DNA from: Cenarchaeum sp. | GTDB taxonomy: Archaea; Thermoproteota; Nitrososphaeria; Nitrososphaerales; Nitrosopumilaceae | Length of the DNA stretch: 64,000 nucleotides | Direction: 5' to 3' | NCBI GenBank assembly: GCA_965242695.1 | Contig: CBDESU010000001.1 | Location: 1,824,001 to 1,888,000, forward strand | Shown: in pieces, positions 1 through 9,888 of the stretch | Numbering within the stretch: the stretch's first letter is position 1 | How the letters are laid out: every line of letters starts with the position of its first letter | Notes under the pieces: generated by a model | What the model saw: only the letters and a program-made list of their open reading frames with translations | What the model was told of the DNA's origin: nothing | Databases searched by the model: none | Translations under genes and position numbers: made by a program

Positions 1-1623
1 CGGCTCGGTGTAGTTGATCACAGCGCGGCCGGGGCCCGTGATGGTCAGCGACTCTGCCTCGGGCGGTATGCCGTCGAGCAGGGGGATGTCAAAGCTGGCC
101 AGCGCGTTGCCGGCCAGGTCGGCGACACCTCCGCGCGAGGCGTTGTACGCCAGCCGGAGCCCGTCGGTGTCGGTGCCCGGCAGGCCGTCCCCGTCCAGTG
201 CGATATCCAGACCGGTCGTGCGAGGGGTGTCGACGGCCGAGACCGCGGTCGCGGCGTACCGCTCGCCGCCGGTTCCCGTGACGATCCAGCCCATCCCGTC
301 CGCCCTTGACGAGGTGACGTTGTCGTCAAAGGAGACCCTCACCGTACTATTCGATACGGCCACTGCCGCGGTCGCGCCCGGTGCGACGGTGTCGATCGCC
401 ACGCCCGAGGCGGCAAGCGACCTGCTCCCGCCCGGCGGGGGCAGTGCAAGCTCGGCATCGATGTCCACCCCGTCCTTGATCGATATCCCGTTGAGTTTCA
501 GGGAGTTGGGCCGGGCGTAGTCCAGGGCCGCGGTGTCGTCGCCGCTGCGCACCGTGTACAGGAACCGCAGGTTGGGCGTCGACGTGCCGTCGTCAGGGAC
601 GTACGTAGCGCGCGCCTGCGGGTGGCCCACCGCGAGCTCTAGGAGCGGGCTTCCGTCTACGCTGACCGGCTCGCTCATCGTGACTGTGATGTAGATTTGG
701 GTGCCGGCAGGGTGCGGGCCCGCCGTTGCGTCGGACGCGACGCGCAGTACGGTCGGGGCGACGCCGTCGACGACTACGGCGCCCTGCGCCGAGAGCGACC
801 CCGTATCGCCTGGCTCGGGCAGCAGGCAGTTGAATGCCCTTATGTCGGCCTTTGCGGTGGCGTTGTTGAGTAGGTTCTGCCTCTCCTCGCTGTTGTACCA
901 GTACAGCGAGCTGTTCCCCGCATAGTCCAGGTCGTCCGACGCATCACCACTCTCTACAGTGTAGACGTAGTCTATGTAGTGACCCCATCCGCCCCTGCCT
1001 TCCGGGCCGTTCTCGTGCGACAGATAGAGGGCAAACCGCTCGGGGCCGCCCACATCCAGCTTTAGGCTCGTCTGGTCCAGATCCTGCACGCCCTCGTTGT
1101 GCCCGAACGGATCTTCGCCCTCGACCCTGATCAAGATCTTCTTGCCCGGTCCGTACGTGTCGTCCGTCGAATTGAACGATATGCGCACCCCGGCGAGTCC
1201 CGAGGTGTCTTCGGGCAGGGTGCAGGCCTCGTAGATTATGCCGCCGCCCTCCTTGGGAACGCCGTCGCCATTGCCGTTGTCCTTGTCGTCCTTGTCGTCG
1301 GCCGCATGGGCCGCCGGCAGCAGAATGTAGGGGTGCGGCGATGCAGGGACGGCGGCGCCCTGCTGAGGGGCGTGCGGCTGCCACGGCCATTCGTCGTGCC
1401 AAGAGTCCGGAGGCAAAAGCGCCGCAGGCGCTAGCGCCAGGGAGGCCGCGAGGACGGCCACGCAGGCTGCAAGCGGGGCTGCCGCAGGGCGGCGGCGCAG
1501 AGAAGAGGTGGCGCCGCGTTCCGTCTGCTCGCCTGCGCAGCCGGCGGGAGGCGGATGCCGGCCCGCCTGCGCCGCGCGTCCGCGCGGTCCGGCCGCGGGG
1601 CAGGGTTCGCGTACGCGGCTCAT
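1..1623 (-). CDS. Large secreted/surface protein with Ig-like beta-sandwich repeats (3' end runs off the window)
   Basis: Not in the ORF track; translated by hand from ATG at 1623, open to position 1. Hydrophobic signal-like stretch (LAACVAVLAASLALAPAALL), then repeated motifs YVYTVESGDASDDLDY / LRFLYTVRSGDDTAALDY and DLAGN, typical of thaumarchaeal giant surface proteins. Confidence 0.8.
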   Translation of the reverse strand, partial: MSRVREPCPAAGPRGRAAQAGRHPPPAGCAGEQTERGATSSLRRRPAAAPLAACVAVLAASLALAPAALLPPDSWHDEWPWQPHAPQQGAAVPASPHPYILLPAAHAADDKDDKDNGNGDGVPKEGGGIIYEACTLPEDTSGLAGVRISFNSTDDTYGPGKKILIRVEGEDPFGHNEGVQDLDQTSLKLDVGGPERFALYLSHENGPEGRGGWGHYIDYVYTVESGDASDDLDYAGNSSLYWYNSEERQNLLNNATAKADIRAFNCLLPEPGDTGSLSAQGAVVVDGVAPTVLRVASDATAGPHPAGTQIYITVTMSEPVSVDGSPLLELAVGHPQARATYVPDDGTSTPNLRFLYTVRSGDDTAALDYARPNSLKLNGISIKDGVDIDAELALPPPGGSRSLAASGVAIDTVAPGATAAVAVSNSTVRVSFDDNVTSSRADGMGWIVTGTGGERYAATAVSAVDTPRTTGLDIALDGDGLPGTDTDGLRLAYNASRGGVADLAGNALASFDIPLLDGIPPEAESLTITGPGRAVINYTEP

Positions 1624-1634
1624 CTAGTCCCCCG

Positions 1635-1646
1635 CCCCCCCCCCCC
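1635..1646. repeat. C12 homopolymer just upstream of the surface-protein start (G12 on its coding strand)
   Basis: 12 consecutive C, 12-23 nt upstream of the minus-strand ATG at 1623. Confidence 0.85.
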
Positions 1647-1938
1647 ACCGATGCGCACAAGGCCCCCGTAGCATGCGTCGGGACAGTGCGCCTAGGTTCA
1701 TCTGGTCGGGGGCCGGTTTGGGGTGGCTCCCTTAAGCGTTGCGGATTGCGATCCGCGCCCGCGCGCAAAATGGCGGTAGATTCCGCCGCCCGCGCCCGGG
1801 GTGCGCGCCCGTCGAGCCGCTCCGCGCGCACAGGCTGCCTTTGCGGGCTCGCCCGCACCGGATACAGCGCCCCGCATGCGCGCCCCGCGCCGCAGCGCCG
1901 CCCGGCACGTATTTTAGGGCGGGTGGTGCGGCGCGGGC

Positions 1939-2373
1939 ATGGCAGGCGCGCCCATCAAGAGAATACTGGTGGCCCTTGACGGATCGCCCAACTCGAACAG
2001 GGCCCTCGACATGGCCGTGAGGGTGGCCGCGCCGGCAAGGGCGACCGTGGCCGGAATCGTCTCGGTGAGGATACGCCCGCGCGGCGAGGTCAGCCCCGGC
2101 AGGGCCGCCGACGAGTCCGACAGGGCGGCAGCCGAGGAGGTGCTCAAGAAGGCCGGCAAGAGGGCGTCAAAGGAGGGCGTCAAGTTCGTCCCGATTGTCC
2201 GCCAGGGCGACACGGGCTACAACATCATAAAGGCGGCCCACTCGAAGAGCGAGCCGTGCGACATGGTCGTAATCGGCTCGAGGGGCCACGGCTCGCTCAA
2301 GCAGGCGTTCTTTGGCAGCACGTCCAACCACGTCGTCCACTCGGCCGCCATACCCGTGCTGGTCGTAAAGTAG
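1939..2373 (+). CDS. uspA: Universal stress protein (UspA family)
   Basis: KRILVALDGS and DMVVIGSRGHG...FFGSTSNHVVHSAAIPVLVVK signature. Confidence 0.95.
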   Translation: MAGAPIKRILVALDGSPNSNRALDMAVRVAAPARATVAGIVSVRIRPRGEVSPGRAADESDRAAAEEVLKKAGKRASKEGVKFVPIVRQGDTGYNIIKAAHSKSEPCDMVVIGSRGHGSLKQAFFGSTSNHVVHSAAIPVLVVK

Positions 2374-2400
2374 GCAGGTTCCGCCGCAGGCGGCGCGCCG

Positions 2401-2859
2401 TCAGCACCGGACGCCGTTCTTTTCAAAGTACCTCTGGTGGTACTCTTCGGCCCTGTAGAACGCCGGCGCGTCTACTATCTGCGTCACGATCGGCGCCGAA
2501 AACCGGCCCGACTCGGCGGCCGCCCTGGCCGACTCGCGCGCGATCCTCTCCTGCTCGGCGCTGTGGCAGAATATGACGGACCGGTACTGCGTGCCGACGT
2601 CCGGCCCCTGGCGGTTCGGCGTCGTCGGGTCGTGGCCGCCCCAGAACACCTCTAGCAGCCTGCCGTACGAGACGCGCTCGGGGTCGTACTCGACCTGGAC
2701 GGCCTCTGCGTGGCCCGTCCTGTCCGTGCAGACCTGCTCGTACGTCGGGTCCTCGAGGGCCCCGCCCGCGTACCCGACGCTCGTGCCCGTCACGCCCGGC
2801 ACCCGGGCAAACATGGCCTCGACGTGCCAAAAGCACCCCGCCCCGAACGTGGCCTTCAC
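2401..2859 (-). CDS. msrA: Peptide methionine sulfoxide reductase A
   Basis: GAGCFW, TGHAEAVQ, RQGPDVGTQYRS, AEEYHQRY motifs; GTG start at 2859 with TATA-like ttata about 25 nt upstream. Confidence 0.95.
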   Translation of the reverse strand: MKATFGAGCFWHVEAMFARVPGVTGTSVGYAGGALEDPTYEQVCTDRTGHAEAVQVEYDPERVSYGRLLEVFWGGHDPTTPNRQGPDVGTQYRSVIFCHSAEQERIARESARAAAESGRFSAPIVTQIVDAPAFYRAEEYHQRYFEKNGVRC

Positions 2860-2991
2860 GGGCGGGCGGCGGCGGGGGGGCGGTATAACCGTTGGCGGCG
2901 GCGCCCCGACGGTGCGCGGGACGGCATGGGCAATGATCATATATGCAACAGCGGTGCGGCCGGCGTGATCTAACCCACGGATGGCAATACA

Positions 2992-4230
2992 ATGACATTC
3001 CTAGCAGGCCCAATCGTGTCCGACCGCACGACCCCTGCACCTGCCGAAAGAGAGGGAGGCGGCAAGGTGGGCGCTGCGCGGAAAGAGCGTGGCCGCGGCA
3101 TTGCCGACATGGCCATCCTGACCATATACGGCATCCTGCAGCACCAATACGGGAGGCACGACGACGCCCTCGAGTCGTGCAGTGCAGTGGCGCGGGCGTG
3201 CCCCGGGTACCCGCCGACGCATGCGGGGCGCGCCCGGGCGCTGGTCGGACTGGGACGGCCCGACGAGGCGCTCCACGCATTCTGCGATGCCATCGCATGC
3301 GATCCCGGCTGCGCGCCGGCGCATGCGGACTATGCACTAGCGGTGACGCGGATGGGATGCTACGAGGATGCCGTTGCCGCGTACGGCGAGGCGATCCGGC
3401 TGGCGCCTGACCGCGGGGACGTCCATGCGGGTCACGCCTTTGCGCTTGCCGGCGCAGGGCGCCTCGGGGACGCGCTGGCCGCATGCGAAAAGGCCGTCCG
3501 GCTGGAACCAGAGTCGGCCCTAGCGTATGCCGCGCACGGGAGGGTCTTGGCCGGCATGGGGCGCCCCTCCGATGCGCTGTCCGCCTTTGACCGCGCCGCC
3601 GGACTGGACGCAGGATCTGCATCGGCGCATGCGGGGCGCGGCCTGGCCCTCGAGTCCCTCGGCCGCCACGCAGAGGCGCTGTCCGCCTACGGGCGGGCCG
3701 TTCGGCTCGACCCCGCATCGGCATCGGCGCATGCGGGGCGCGGCCTGGCCCTCGAGTCCCTCGGCCGCCACGCAGAGGCGCTGTCCGCCTACGGGCGGGC
3801 GATCGACATCGACAGGTACCACGAGCTGGCCCTGGCTGGCAGGGATCGAACAGGGCGCCGGTGTGCCCGCGGCAAGCCTAGCAGTTCCGGCCAGCGGGGA
3901 TTGGAGGTGTCCAAGGGCCGCGCCGGCGATCAGGTTCCAGGTTTCGCCCCGCCCGGGCGGCGCAGTGCATGCGCTGCGGGCATCGACCGCGCAATGGATC
4001 CCGACCAGGCATCCGCGCGCGGCTACATAGAGTACTGCCTGTCGCACGCGCCGCGCGCCGGCGGGCGCACTGGCAGTCCGCGCCAGGCCCCACTGACGAA
4101 GGAAGAGGCGGACAGCATTAGCGAGTCCGCATCCGGAAGCAAGGCCGTCGAGATGGATGGATCCGAGTTCGTCGATATGATCAGAGGGTGGGCGGGAACC
4201 GCAGAACGTTCGAGGTGCGACGGAGCGTGA
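2992..4230 (+). CDS. TPR-repeat protein with an in-frame C-terminal antitoxin-like segment
   Basis: About 7 TPR units (AHAGRGLALESLGRHAEALSAYGRA). The segment from ATG 3994 (MDPDQ...LTKEEADSISES...EFVDMIRG) lies directly upstream of a RelE-like frame. Confidence 0.75.
   Translation: MTFLAGPIVSDRTTPAPAEREGGGKVGAARKERGRGIADMAILTIYGILQHQYGRHDDALESCSAVARACPGYPPTHAGRARALVGLGRPDEALHAFCDAIACDPGCAPAHADYALAVTRMGCYEDAVAAYGEAIRLAPDRGDVHAGHAFALAGAGRLGDALAACEKAVRLEPESALAYAAHGRVLAGMGRPSDALSAFDRAAGLDAGSASAHAGRGLALESLGRHAEALSAYGRAVRLDPASASAHAGRGLALESLGRHAEALSAYGRAIDIDRYHELALAGRDRTGRRCARGKPSSSGQRGLEVSKGRAGDQVPGFAPPGRRSACAAGIDRAMDPDQASARGYIEYCLSHAPRAGGRTGSPRQAPLTKEEADSISESASGSKAVEMDGSEFVDMIRGWAGTAERSRCDGA
3619..3800 (+). 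repeat. Near-exact tandem duplication of one TPR unit (102-bp period)
   Basis: gcatcggcgcatgcggggcgcggcctggccctcgagtcc... occurs at 3619 and 3721. Confidence 0.9.
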
Positions 4231-4245
4231 GGGGGCATTCGCGGT

Positions 4246-4545
4246 CTGCGCACCGGCGGCAAGAGGTGGAGGGCCGCATACGATCCAAGATTTGAGCGCC
4301 GGTACCGCAGGCTGGATGGAAAAGTGGCAGACCGCGTTAGCAAGGCAATCGACGGCTTGCTCGAGTCGGAAAACGTCAGGGATGCCAGGGACTGCAAGGG
4401 AAGACTGAACGTCGACGGCGTGCCAACCCAAGCCTATGCATGCAGGGTCGGCAGATCGTACAGGATCTTGTACTCCGTCAACGGCGGCGCATACGCTTTC
4501 TGCAGGTCGGCGATCGCAAGACGGTGTACGGCAGGGGGCGACATG
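4246..4545 (+). pseudogene. RelE/ParE-like toxin with a frameshift near the C-terminus
   Basis: WRAAYDPRFERRYRRLDGKVADRVSKAIDGL...AYACRVGRSYRILYSV in one frame, continuing as IRFLQVGDRKTVYG in another frame near 4490; RelE-type C-terminus; no canonical start before 4324; end approximate. Confidence 0.65.
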
Positions 4546-4986
4546 GCATCGCAAGCCAGGCAGGGGCGCCGCAGGCGGCGGCATTCCCACAAGCCACGCG
4601 CACCGGCCGCCGCCTGCGCGGGCACGCCCCCCCCCCCCCCGCCGGCCTCTGGTGCACAAGGCAGCCTTCGCCCCGCCGTGCGCCGGCATGCGCGGCATCC
4701 CTGCCTCCGGCCGCCGTTCGATACCCGCTCTGCGGCGCAGAGCATGCCATTCGCAGGCGCGCGCCAGATCAGGCGGCGCCCTTGCCGCCCATGCCCCTTC
4801 TGCGGCCCCAGGGCGCGATCGCTGCGCTAACCATGGCAGGATGGAAGTCGACGCGGGGGCGCGCGGCTGCGCCGGCCCAGACTGCCCGCGCCGCAGGTTT
4901 CGCCCGTTCCGCGCGCCGGGCAAAGCCGGCCGCGCCATGCCAGCCGTTCCCGGGTACGATCCCCCCTGCGGCGCCGGCCGGGAGGG

Positions 4987-6120
4987 CTACTCCACCACCC
5001 GCACTAGGTCCCTGAGGTTCCGGCGCGCCTTGGGCGGCCTGTACTTTGCAGGGTGCCCAATGCACAGTATCGACGAGGGCCGCAGGTCGGTGCCGAGTAT
5101 GTCCATGACCTTTTGCTCGTCTAGCATGCCTATCCAGATCGAGCTGAGTCCGAGGGCCGAGGCGGCCAGCTGCGAGTACGCCGCGGCCAGCGTGGCGTCC
5201 TGGAGCGAGAACTTTTCGAGTACGCGCGGCTCGAAGCGCATCTTGACGCGCGACGGCTCCATGCAGAAGACGAGGACTACGGGCGCGTTGACGTACGGCT
5301 GGTTGTTGGCCGCCTCGGCCAGGGCTGCCTTTGCCCGCCCGCTGCGGACGTAGTAGACGCGGAACCCCTGGAAGTTGCCCGCCGTGGGGGCCGTGTCGGC
5401 CGCGGCGAGTATCTTGTCGACCATCCACTCGTCGACCTTTGCATCTGCAAAGCGGCGCGTCGAGCGGCGCCTTGCCATCACGTGGAACAGGTCGCGCGCC
5501 GGATCGGCCGGCGGCCGGCCGGATGCGCCGCCCGCGGCGGCCTGGGCGGCGGCCGGCGGCGCGGCGCCGACCATCCCCGGCGAGGCCGACAGGATGGCCT
5601 GGTGCAGGGCCAGGTCGGCGCCCTTTCCCCGCTGCGGCTTTTCGCCGGGCGCCCCGGCCGGCCCGCCGCGGCCCGGGGCGGGGGGCGGGGGGCCGGCGCC
5701 GCCATCTCCCGCTGTACCCCCTGCTGCCGCATCCCCCGGACCGGCGCCGGCGTCCCACGACGGCGACGGGTAGAACTCCTTGGACCTCACGTCGAGGCGC
5801 ATCGGCTCGTGGTCGACCTTTGCGTACTCTAGCACGCTCCGGCGCAGCTCGGGCGTGCCGGCCTCGAAGAGGCCGTCGCGGAGGGTGAACTGCGTCACGT
5901 CCGAGTTGACGATAATCTTGCTGGCGTGGTCCTCGAGGTCGACGTCGCCGGCGGCATCCCTCCTGAGCAGGTCGACGAGGGCATCTAGCTCGTCCCCGCC
6001 GAGTACGACCGCCCGCTCGCCGTGCAGTCCGCCGGCGCCGGCCTCGGGGCTGCGCCAGACGAGCCGGCAGCCGTCCTTCGACGTGTACGCCGGCTCGGCC
6101 CTGTCGAATACCATCGTCAT
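4987..6120 (-). CDS. Nitroreductase family protein with an N-terminal thaumarchaeal domain and a G/A/P-rich linker
   Basis: RRRSTRRF, APTAGNFQ, LQDATLAAAYSQLAASALGLSSIWIG motifs. Confidence 0.9.
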   Translation of the reverse strand: MTMVFDRAEPAYTSKDGCRLVWRSPEAGAGGLHGERAVVLGGDELDALVDLLRRDAAGDVDLEDHASKIIVNSDVTQFTLRDGLFEAGTPELRRSVLEYAKVDHEPMRLDVRSKEFYPSPSWDAGAGPGDAAAGGTAGDGGAGPPPPAPGRGGPAGAPGEKPQRGKGADLALHQAILSASPGMVGAAPPAAAQAAAGGASGRPPADPARDLFHVMARRRSTRRFADAKVDEWMVDKILAAADTAPTAGNFQGFRVYYVRSGRAKAALAEAANNQPYVNAPVVLVFCMEPSRVKMRFEPRVLEKFSLQDATLAAAYSQLAASALGLSSIWIGMLDEQKVMDILGTDLRPSSILCIGHPAKYRPPKARRNLRDLVRVVE

Positions 6121-6212
6121 GCCGGCGGCCCCCGCCCCTGCGCAACCGCCGCAGCCTGAAGGCGCACGGGGCGGCCGCGGCCTAGGTGGTGATAAGTCTG
6201 CCGCAGGCGGCG

Positions 6213-6590
6213 CTACGACACGCCGGCGAACACGTCCACCACGGTGCTGGCCAGCTCCTCTATGTTAGACGACGGCTCGGCCGAGACGAGCAGCAGCACC
6301 CTTGTCAGCGGGAACGGAAAGCTCACCAGCACGGCCTTGTCGCGCCGCGCCGCCAGGTAGTTGATCGGGCCCAGGCTGTCGTCGTACTCGTTGCGTATGG
6401 ACACGCGCGAGACGAACTCCATGAACGACTTGAGGCGCGTCTCGTCGCCCTCTAGCGGCTCGATTCCGTCCCCAAAGCCGCCGGCAACCAGGCCGCCGTC
6501 GCCGTCGATGATTCCCGCAAACCGTATTCCATCAACGGCCAGCAGGCGCGCGCACCTGTCGGCGTATGCGGCGTCGGGGACTGCCTCCAC
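6213..6590 (-). CDS. Thaumarchaeal roadblock/DUF6659-like protein
   Basis: IRFAGIIDGDGGLVAGG...YDDSLGPINYLAARRDKAVLVSFP pattern. Confidence 0.8.
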   Translation of the reverse strand: MEAVPDAAYADRCARLLAVDGIRFAGIIDGDGGLVAGGFGDGIEPLEGDETRLKSFMEFVSRVSIRNEYDDSLGPINYLAARRDKAVLVSFPFPLTRVLLLVSAEPSSNIEELASTVVDVFAGVS

Positions 6591-6723
6591 GGCCCGGCCA
6601 CGGCCGCCCCTCTCAAAAGCGTTTCCCCGGCGCGGCGCGGGGCGGGCAGTGCCCGCCCGGATGAGGCCGGCAGGGGCCGCATGGGAGCGGAGCCCGCGCG
6701 CAGGGCTGGCCGGGGCGGCGGCG

Positions 6724-6903
6724 CTACCGGCCAAACATGTCCTCCCTGCAATGGGGGCACTTTAGCCCGTGCGTTGGGCGGCCGCAGGTCGGGCAGTTGC
6801 TGTTGGCCCTGACCGCATCGTACGGGTGCGAGGTGAGCAGCTTGCGGACCAGCACGATCACGATGATGACCCCGATTGCGATCCCAATCCACACCAGCAC
6901 CAT
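6724..6903 (-). CDS. Small membrane-anchored zinc-ribbon protein
   Basis: MVLVWIGIAIGVIIVIVLV transmembrane helix followed by CPTC...CPHC. Confidence 0.75.
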   Translation of the reverse strand: MVLVWIGIAIGVIIVIVLVRKLLTSHPYDAVRANSNCPTCGRPTHGLKCPHCREDMFGR

Positions 6904-7275
6904 GGCGCCGCGGGCATGCCGGCCCAATAATAAGATGTCCAGGGCCGCTCCCGGATATTGGTCAGTGCCTGGAGTCTCCCAAGTAGGCGGGCAAAGGCGG
7001 TTCGGCGGCCACCCTCCTCCCCGTGCCGGGTCCCCTCCGTGCACGACGGCGGGACGGCCGGAGCGCAGGCGGCGGTCAGAGATCAGGCGGCCGGACGGCA
7101 GGCTCGCCCGCTTCGGAGCCGCGGCCACGCCGCAGCGGCGGCAGGCGGCGCGCTGGAGGCGCCCAGTCGCGACGGGCTCGCGGGCCCCAGGCGGAGCTGG
7201 AGGCGGCATCTCCCCCCACGCTCGCGGCAAAAACAAGCGCGGCGCGCGCCACGCGGCGCGCCCGCGCATCGGCAA

Positions 7276-7410
7276 CTACGGCAGGACGTCGCCCGACTCG
7301 TCGACACAGTGCTTGTGAACCCACTTGTCGGACGTGTCGCGGGCGATCTCCTTGCCCTGCTTGATGACGTCGCCGCATGCAGAGCACTGCGACGAAAACC
7401 TCGCCTTCAT
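7276..7410 (-). CDS. Small zinc-binding protein (44 aa)
   Basis: MKARFSSQCSACGDVIKQGKEI...WVHKHC; TATA-like tttatc about 25 nt upstream. Confidence 0.75.
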   Translation of the reverse strand: MKARFSSQCSACGDVIKQGKEIARDTSDKWVHKHCVDESGDVLP

Positions 7411-7771
7411 TGCGCGGGGCGGGGGGCCGCCGCGATAAATTCCATCCGGTTGAAGGCGCGTTGACAACTTGTCAATGCGGGGCACACCAGGCAGGCGGCA
7501 TCCCAAGTCCGGCGGGGGCGCGGCGGCCCGGCATGCGGCCGGCCGACCAGCACGGGCGCATGCGTCGGCAGGGGCGCGGCGGCGGAGGCGCACCGGGAGG
7601 CGCCCGAACCCGCGCGCGCCGCCTCTGGCGCGCCCGGCTGGCGCGGCCCCCAGCGTCGACTGCGCCCCGGCCGCCCCGGACGCGCGCCTAGCCTGCCAGG
7701 GCCTGAGCGCGTACCCCCAAGCTGAACAATGTATAGGAACTGCTTATATCCACCGCGCAATCGGCCCCCCA

Positions 7772-9697
7772 ATGACAGCACAGACACGAACCGAGACGAC
7801 GCAAGGCAAGACTAGCACTACCACAACGACAGACCGCAGAGCGCGAGCCGGCGCTGCCCGGCGCCGCGGCCCGGCGCGGGCCTCCGGCTGGATGCAGGGC
7901 GAGACTGTCGTCCTGCGGCACAGGCGGGCCTTCGGGCCTCGCCCTCGCGGGGGCTCTGGCACCCTAGCGATCGGGGCGGCCGCGGCGGCGGTCCTCGTGG
8001 CGGCATTTGCCGTCGGGGCAGTTTCCGCGTACGCAGAGGGGCCCGAACCGGGCGCCGACGCCATGATGGCCGCTGCCGCGTCGATGTCGGCCGCAGCCGG
8101 CGGCGGCGACGGCGGCGAGGCGCACCCCGCCGGCGACGCAGCCGCCCCCTACGCGACCGCATGCGGCCCCATGTACGGCGGGCCGCCCGCGGGCGCGGCC
8201 AGAGGGCCGAGCCCAGAAGAGGCCGCCAACATGACATCCACCATGGACGCGCTGTACGCAGAGTACGACGCCATACTGGCCGGGTACGGGTTCGAGTACA
8301 GGGAGCCGGCCAACCTGACTGGCGCGCAGATGGACAGCATCGAGGCCGAGATGAGCGCATCGGCGGCAAAGTACGACGGCACGCTCGACAAGGTCGCCAG
8401 CCTGACCGAGCGGTCGGACGGAGCCCTGCAGGGGCCTCCGTTCGCCTACTTTGGGCCGCAGGCCACGCTGATGGCCGTCTACCAGCTGATCGCCGCCGAG
8501 CACGACGACATCCTGCGCAAGCACGGCTTTGTCGTGAGCACGCCGCGGCTGTCCGATGCCGACGAGCGGCGCCTCGCCGAGAGGCTCGACGAGGTCATGG
8601 ACAGGATGGACCGGGTGTTCGAAGAGCACTGCATGGTCGAGCCGTCCGCGCCCTCCGGCGCAGACGGCGCAGACGGCGGCTTTGCCGGCCACGGGTACGG
8701 CGCGTTCAGCGTCTCGCCCTACGGCATCGCGCACGCAGCCGACAATCTGCACGCAGAGCACAGGGCCATACTGGCCGAGTACGGGTTCGAGTACCGGGAG
8801 CCGTCCAACCTGACAGATGCGCAGCTGGATCAGCTTGACGCCAGGATGGGGCGCCTGTTCGAGCGCCACACCGATGCGGCCGAGGACCTGGCAGGGCGGC
8901 TTGCCCCCCTGCTTGCAGACGGCAGCATTGCGGTGACCGACGCGTTCGCCAAGGACGAGCGGCTGGCCGATCTGGCCAACGCCGAGCACAACTCCATACT
9001 CGCAGAGTTCGGCTACGTCATCGTCGTTCCCGAACTGTCCTCCAAGGACAGGGCGGCAATGAATGAGCGGCTGGCCGACGTCTACGCCCGGATGGACGCC
9101 GCGTTCGACGCGGCGTACCCCGCATACGGCGCGGGCGCGGGCGGCGGCGAGGGTGGCGGCCAGGCCGCGACCCGCGCTGCCGACACCGACCCGATCGAGT
9201 CCCCCGCCCCGCTGCCCAGCAACGGCAGCGCCGCGGTGTACGATGCGTTCGACGAGGACGATCGGCGCGCCGCGCAGGCGGGCGCCGAGCACGCCGCGCC
9301 TGCGGGCGAGTACGACTACCTCACCGTCACACCCGAACCGTCTTCAGAAAACGGGACGGTCGTGAACGAGGGGCTAGCCGACATCTACGACAGGATCGAA
9401 GCGGCGCTCGACGAGTGGCATGCGGCAACGCAGAGCCCCGCCTACGGCGACGAAGGCGATGTGCCGTACGAGCAGCGCGCGGCAACGCAGAGCCCCGCCT
9501 ACGGCGACGAAGGCGGCGGCGGCGGCGATGCGCCACTCGAGGAGTGGTACATGGCAACGCAGAGCCCCGCCCACGGCGACGGCTACGAAGGCGACGATGC
9601 GACGTACGACGACAGCTACTCGGTAACATACAGCTCCACCTCTGACGACAGCGGCAACGGCGACGAAGCCGCCACCGCTGACAACCGGACCTCGTAA
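7772..9697 (+). CDS. Secreted acidic protein with internal helical repeats, function unknown
   Basis: Signal-like LAIGAAAAAVLVAAFAVGAVSAYA; four AE(H/Y)xxILxx(Y/H/F)G(F/Y) repeats; three ATQSPA(Y/H)GD repeats; cttata about 25 nt upstream of ATG 7772. Confidence 0.75.
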   Translation: MTAQTRTETTQGKTSTTTTTDRRARAGAARRRGPARASGWMQGETVVLRHRRAFGPRPRGGSGTLAIGAAAAAVLVAAFAVGAVSAYAEGPEPGADAMMAAAASMSAAAGGGDGGEAHPAGDAAAPYATACGPMYGGPPAGAARGPSPEEAANMTSTMDALYAEYDAILAGYGFEYREPANLTGAQMDSIEAEMSASAAKYDGTLDKVASLTERSDGALQGPPFAYFGPQATLMAVYQLIAAEHDDILRKHGFVVSTPRLSDADERRLAERLDEVMDRMDRVFEEHCMVEPSAPSGADGADGGFAGHGYGAFSVSPYGIAHAADNLHAEHRAILAEYGFEYREPSNLTDAQLDQLDARMGRLFERHTDAAEDLAGRLAPLLADGSIAVTDAFAKDERLADLANAEHNSILAEFGYVIVVPELSSKDRAAMNERLADVYARMDAAFDAAYPAYGAGAGGGEGGGQAATRAADTDPIESPAPLPSNGSAAVYDAFDEDDRRAAQAGAEHAAPAGEYDYLTVTPEPSSENGTVVNEGLADIYDRIEAALDEWHAATQSPAYGDEGDVPYEQRAATQSPAYGDEGGGGGDAPLEEWYMATQSPAHGDGYEGDDATYDDSYSVTYSSTSDDSGNGDEAATADNRTS

Positions 9698-9888
9698 GGC
9701 GTGGTACCCGGCGGGCGCGAGCCCGCCACACCCCCTTTGTTTATTCCCCGCAACGCGGCTGCCCCGCGGATGCTGGGCGGGCGATCCCAGTTCGCCGGCG
9801 GGCGCGGCCGGCCGGGGCGGCGCGCGCTGCGGGGCGGGCCGGGAGGCAGCTGCAAACCGTTATGTAGGGGCGCCAGGGCGCCCGGCCG

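Noticed and set aside
4627-4640. C14 homopolymer as a phase-variation site
   Set aside because: Lies in a GC-rich region between convergent genes with no credible ORF or promoter affected. It also shows that such tracts arise in the background.
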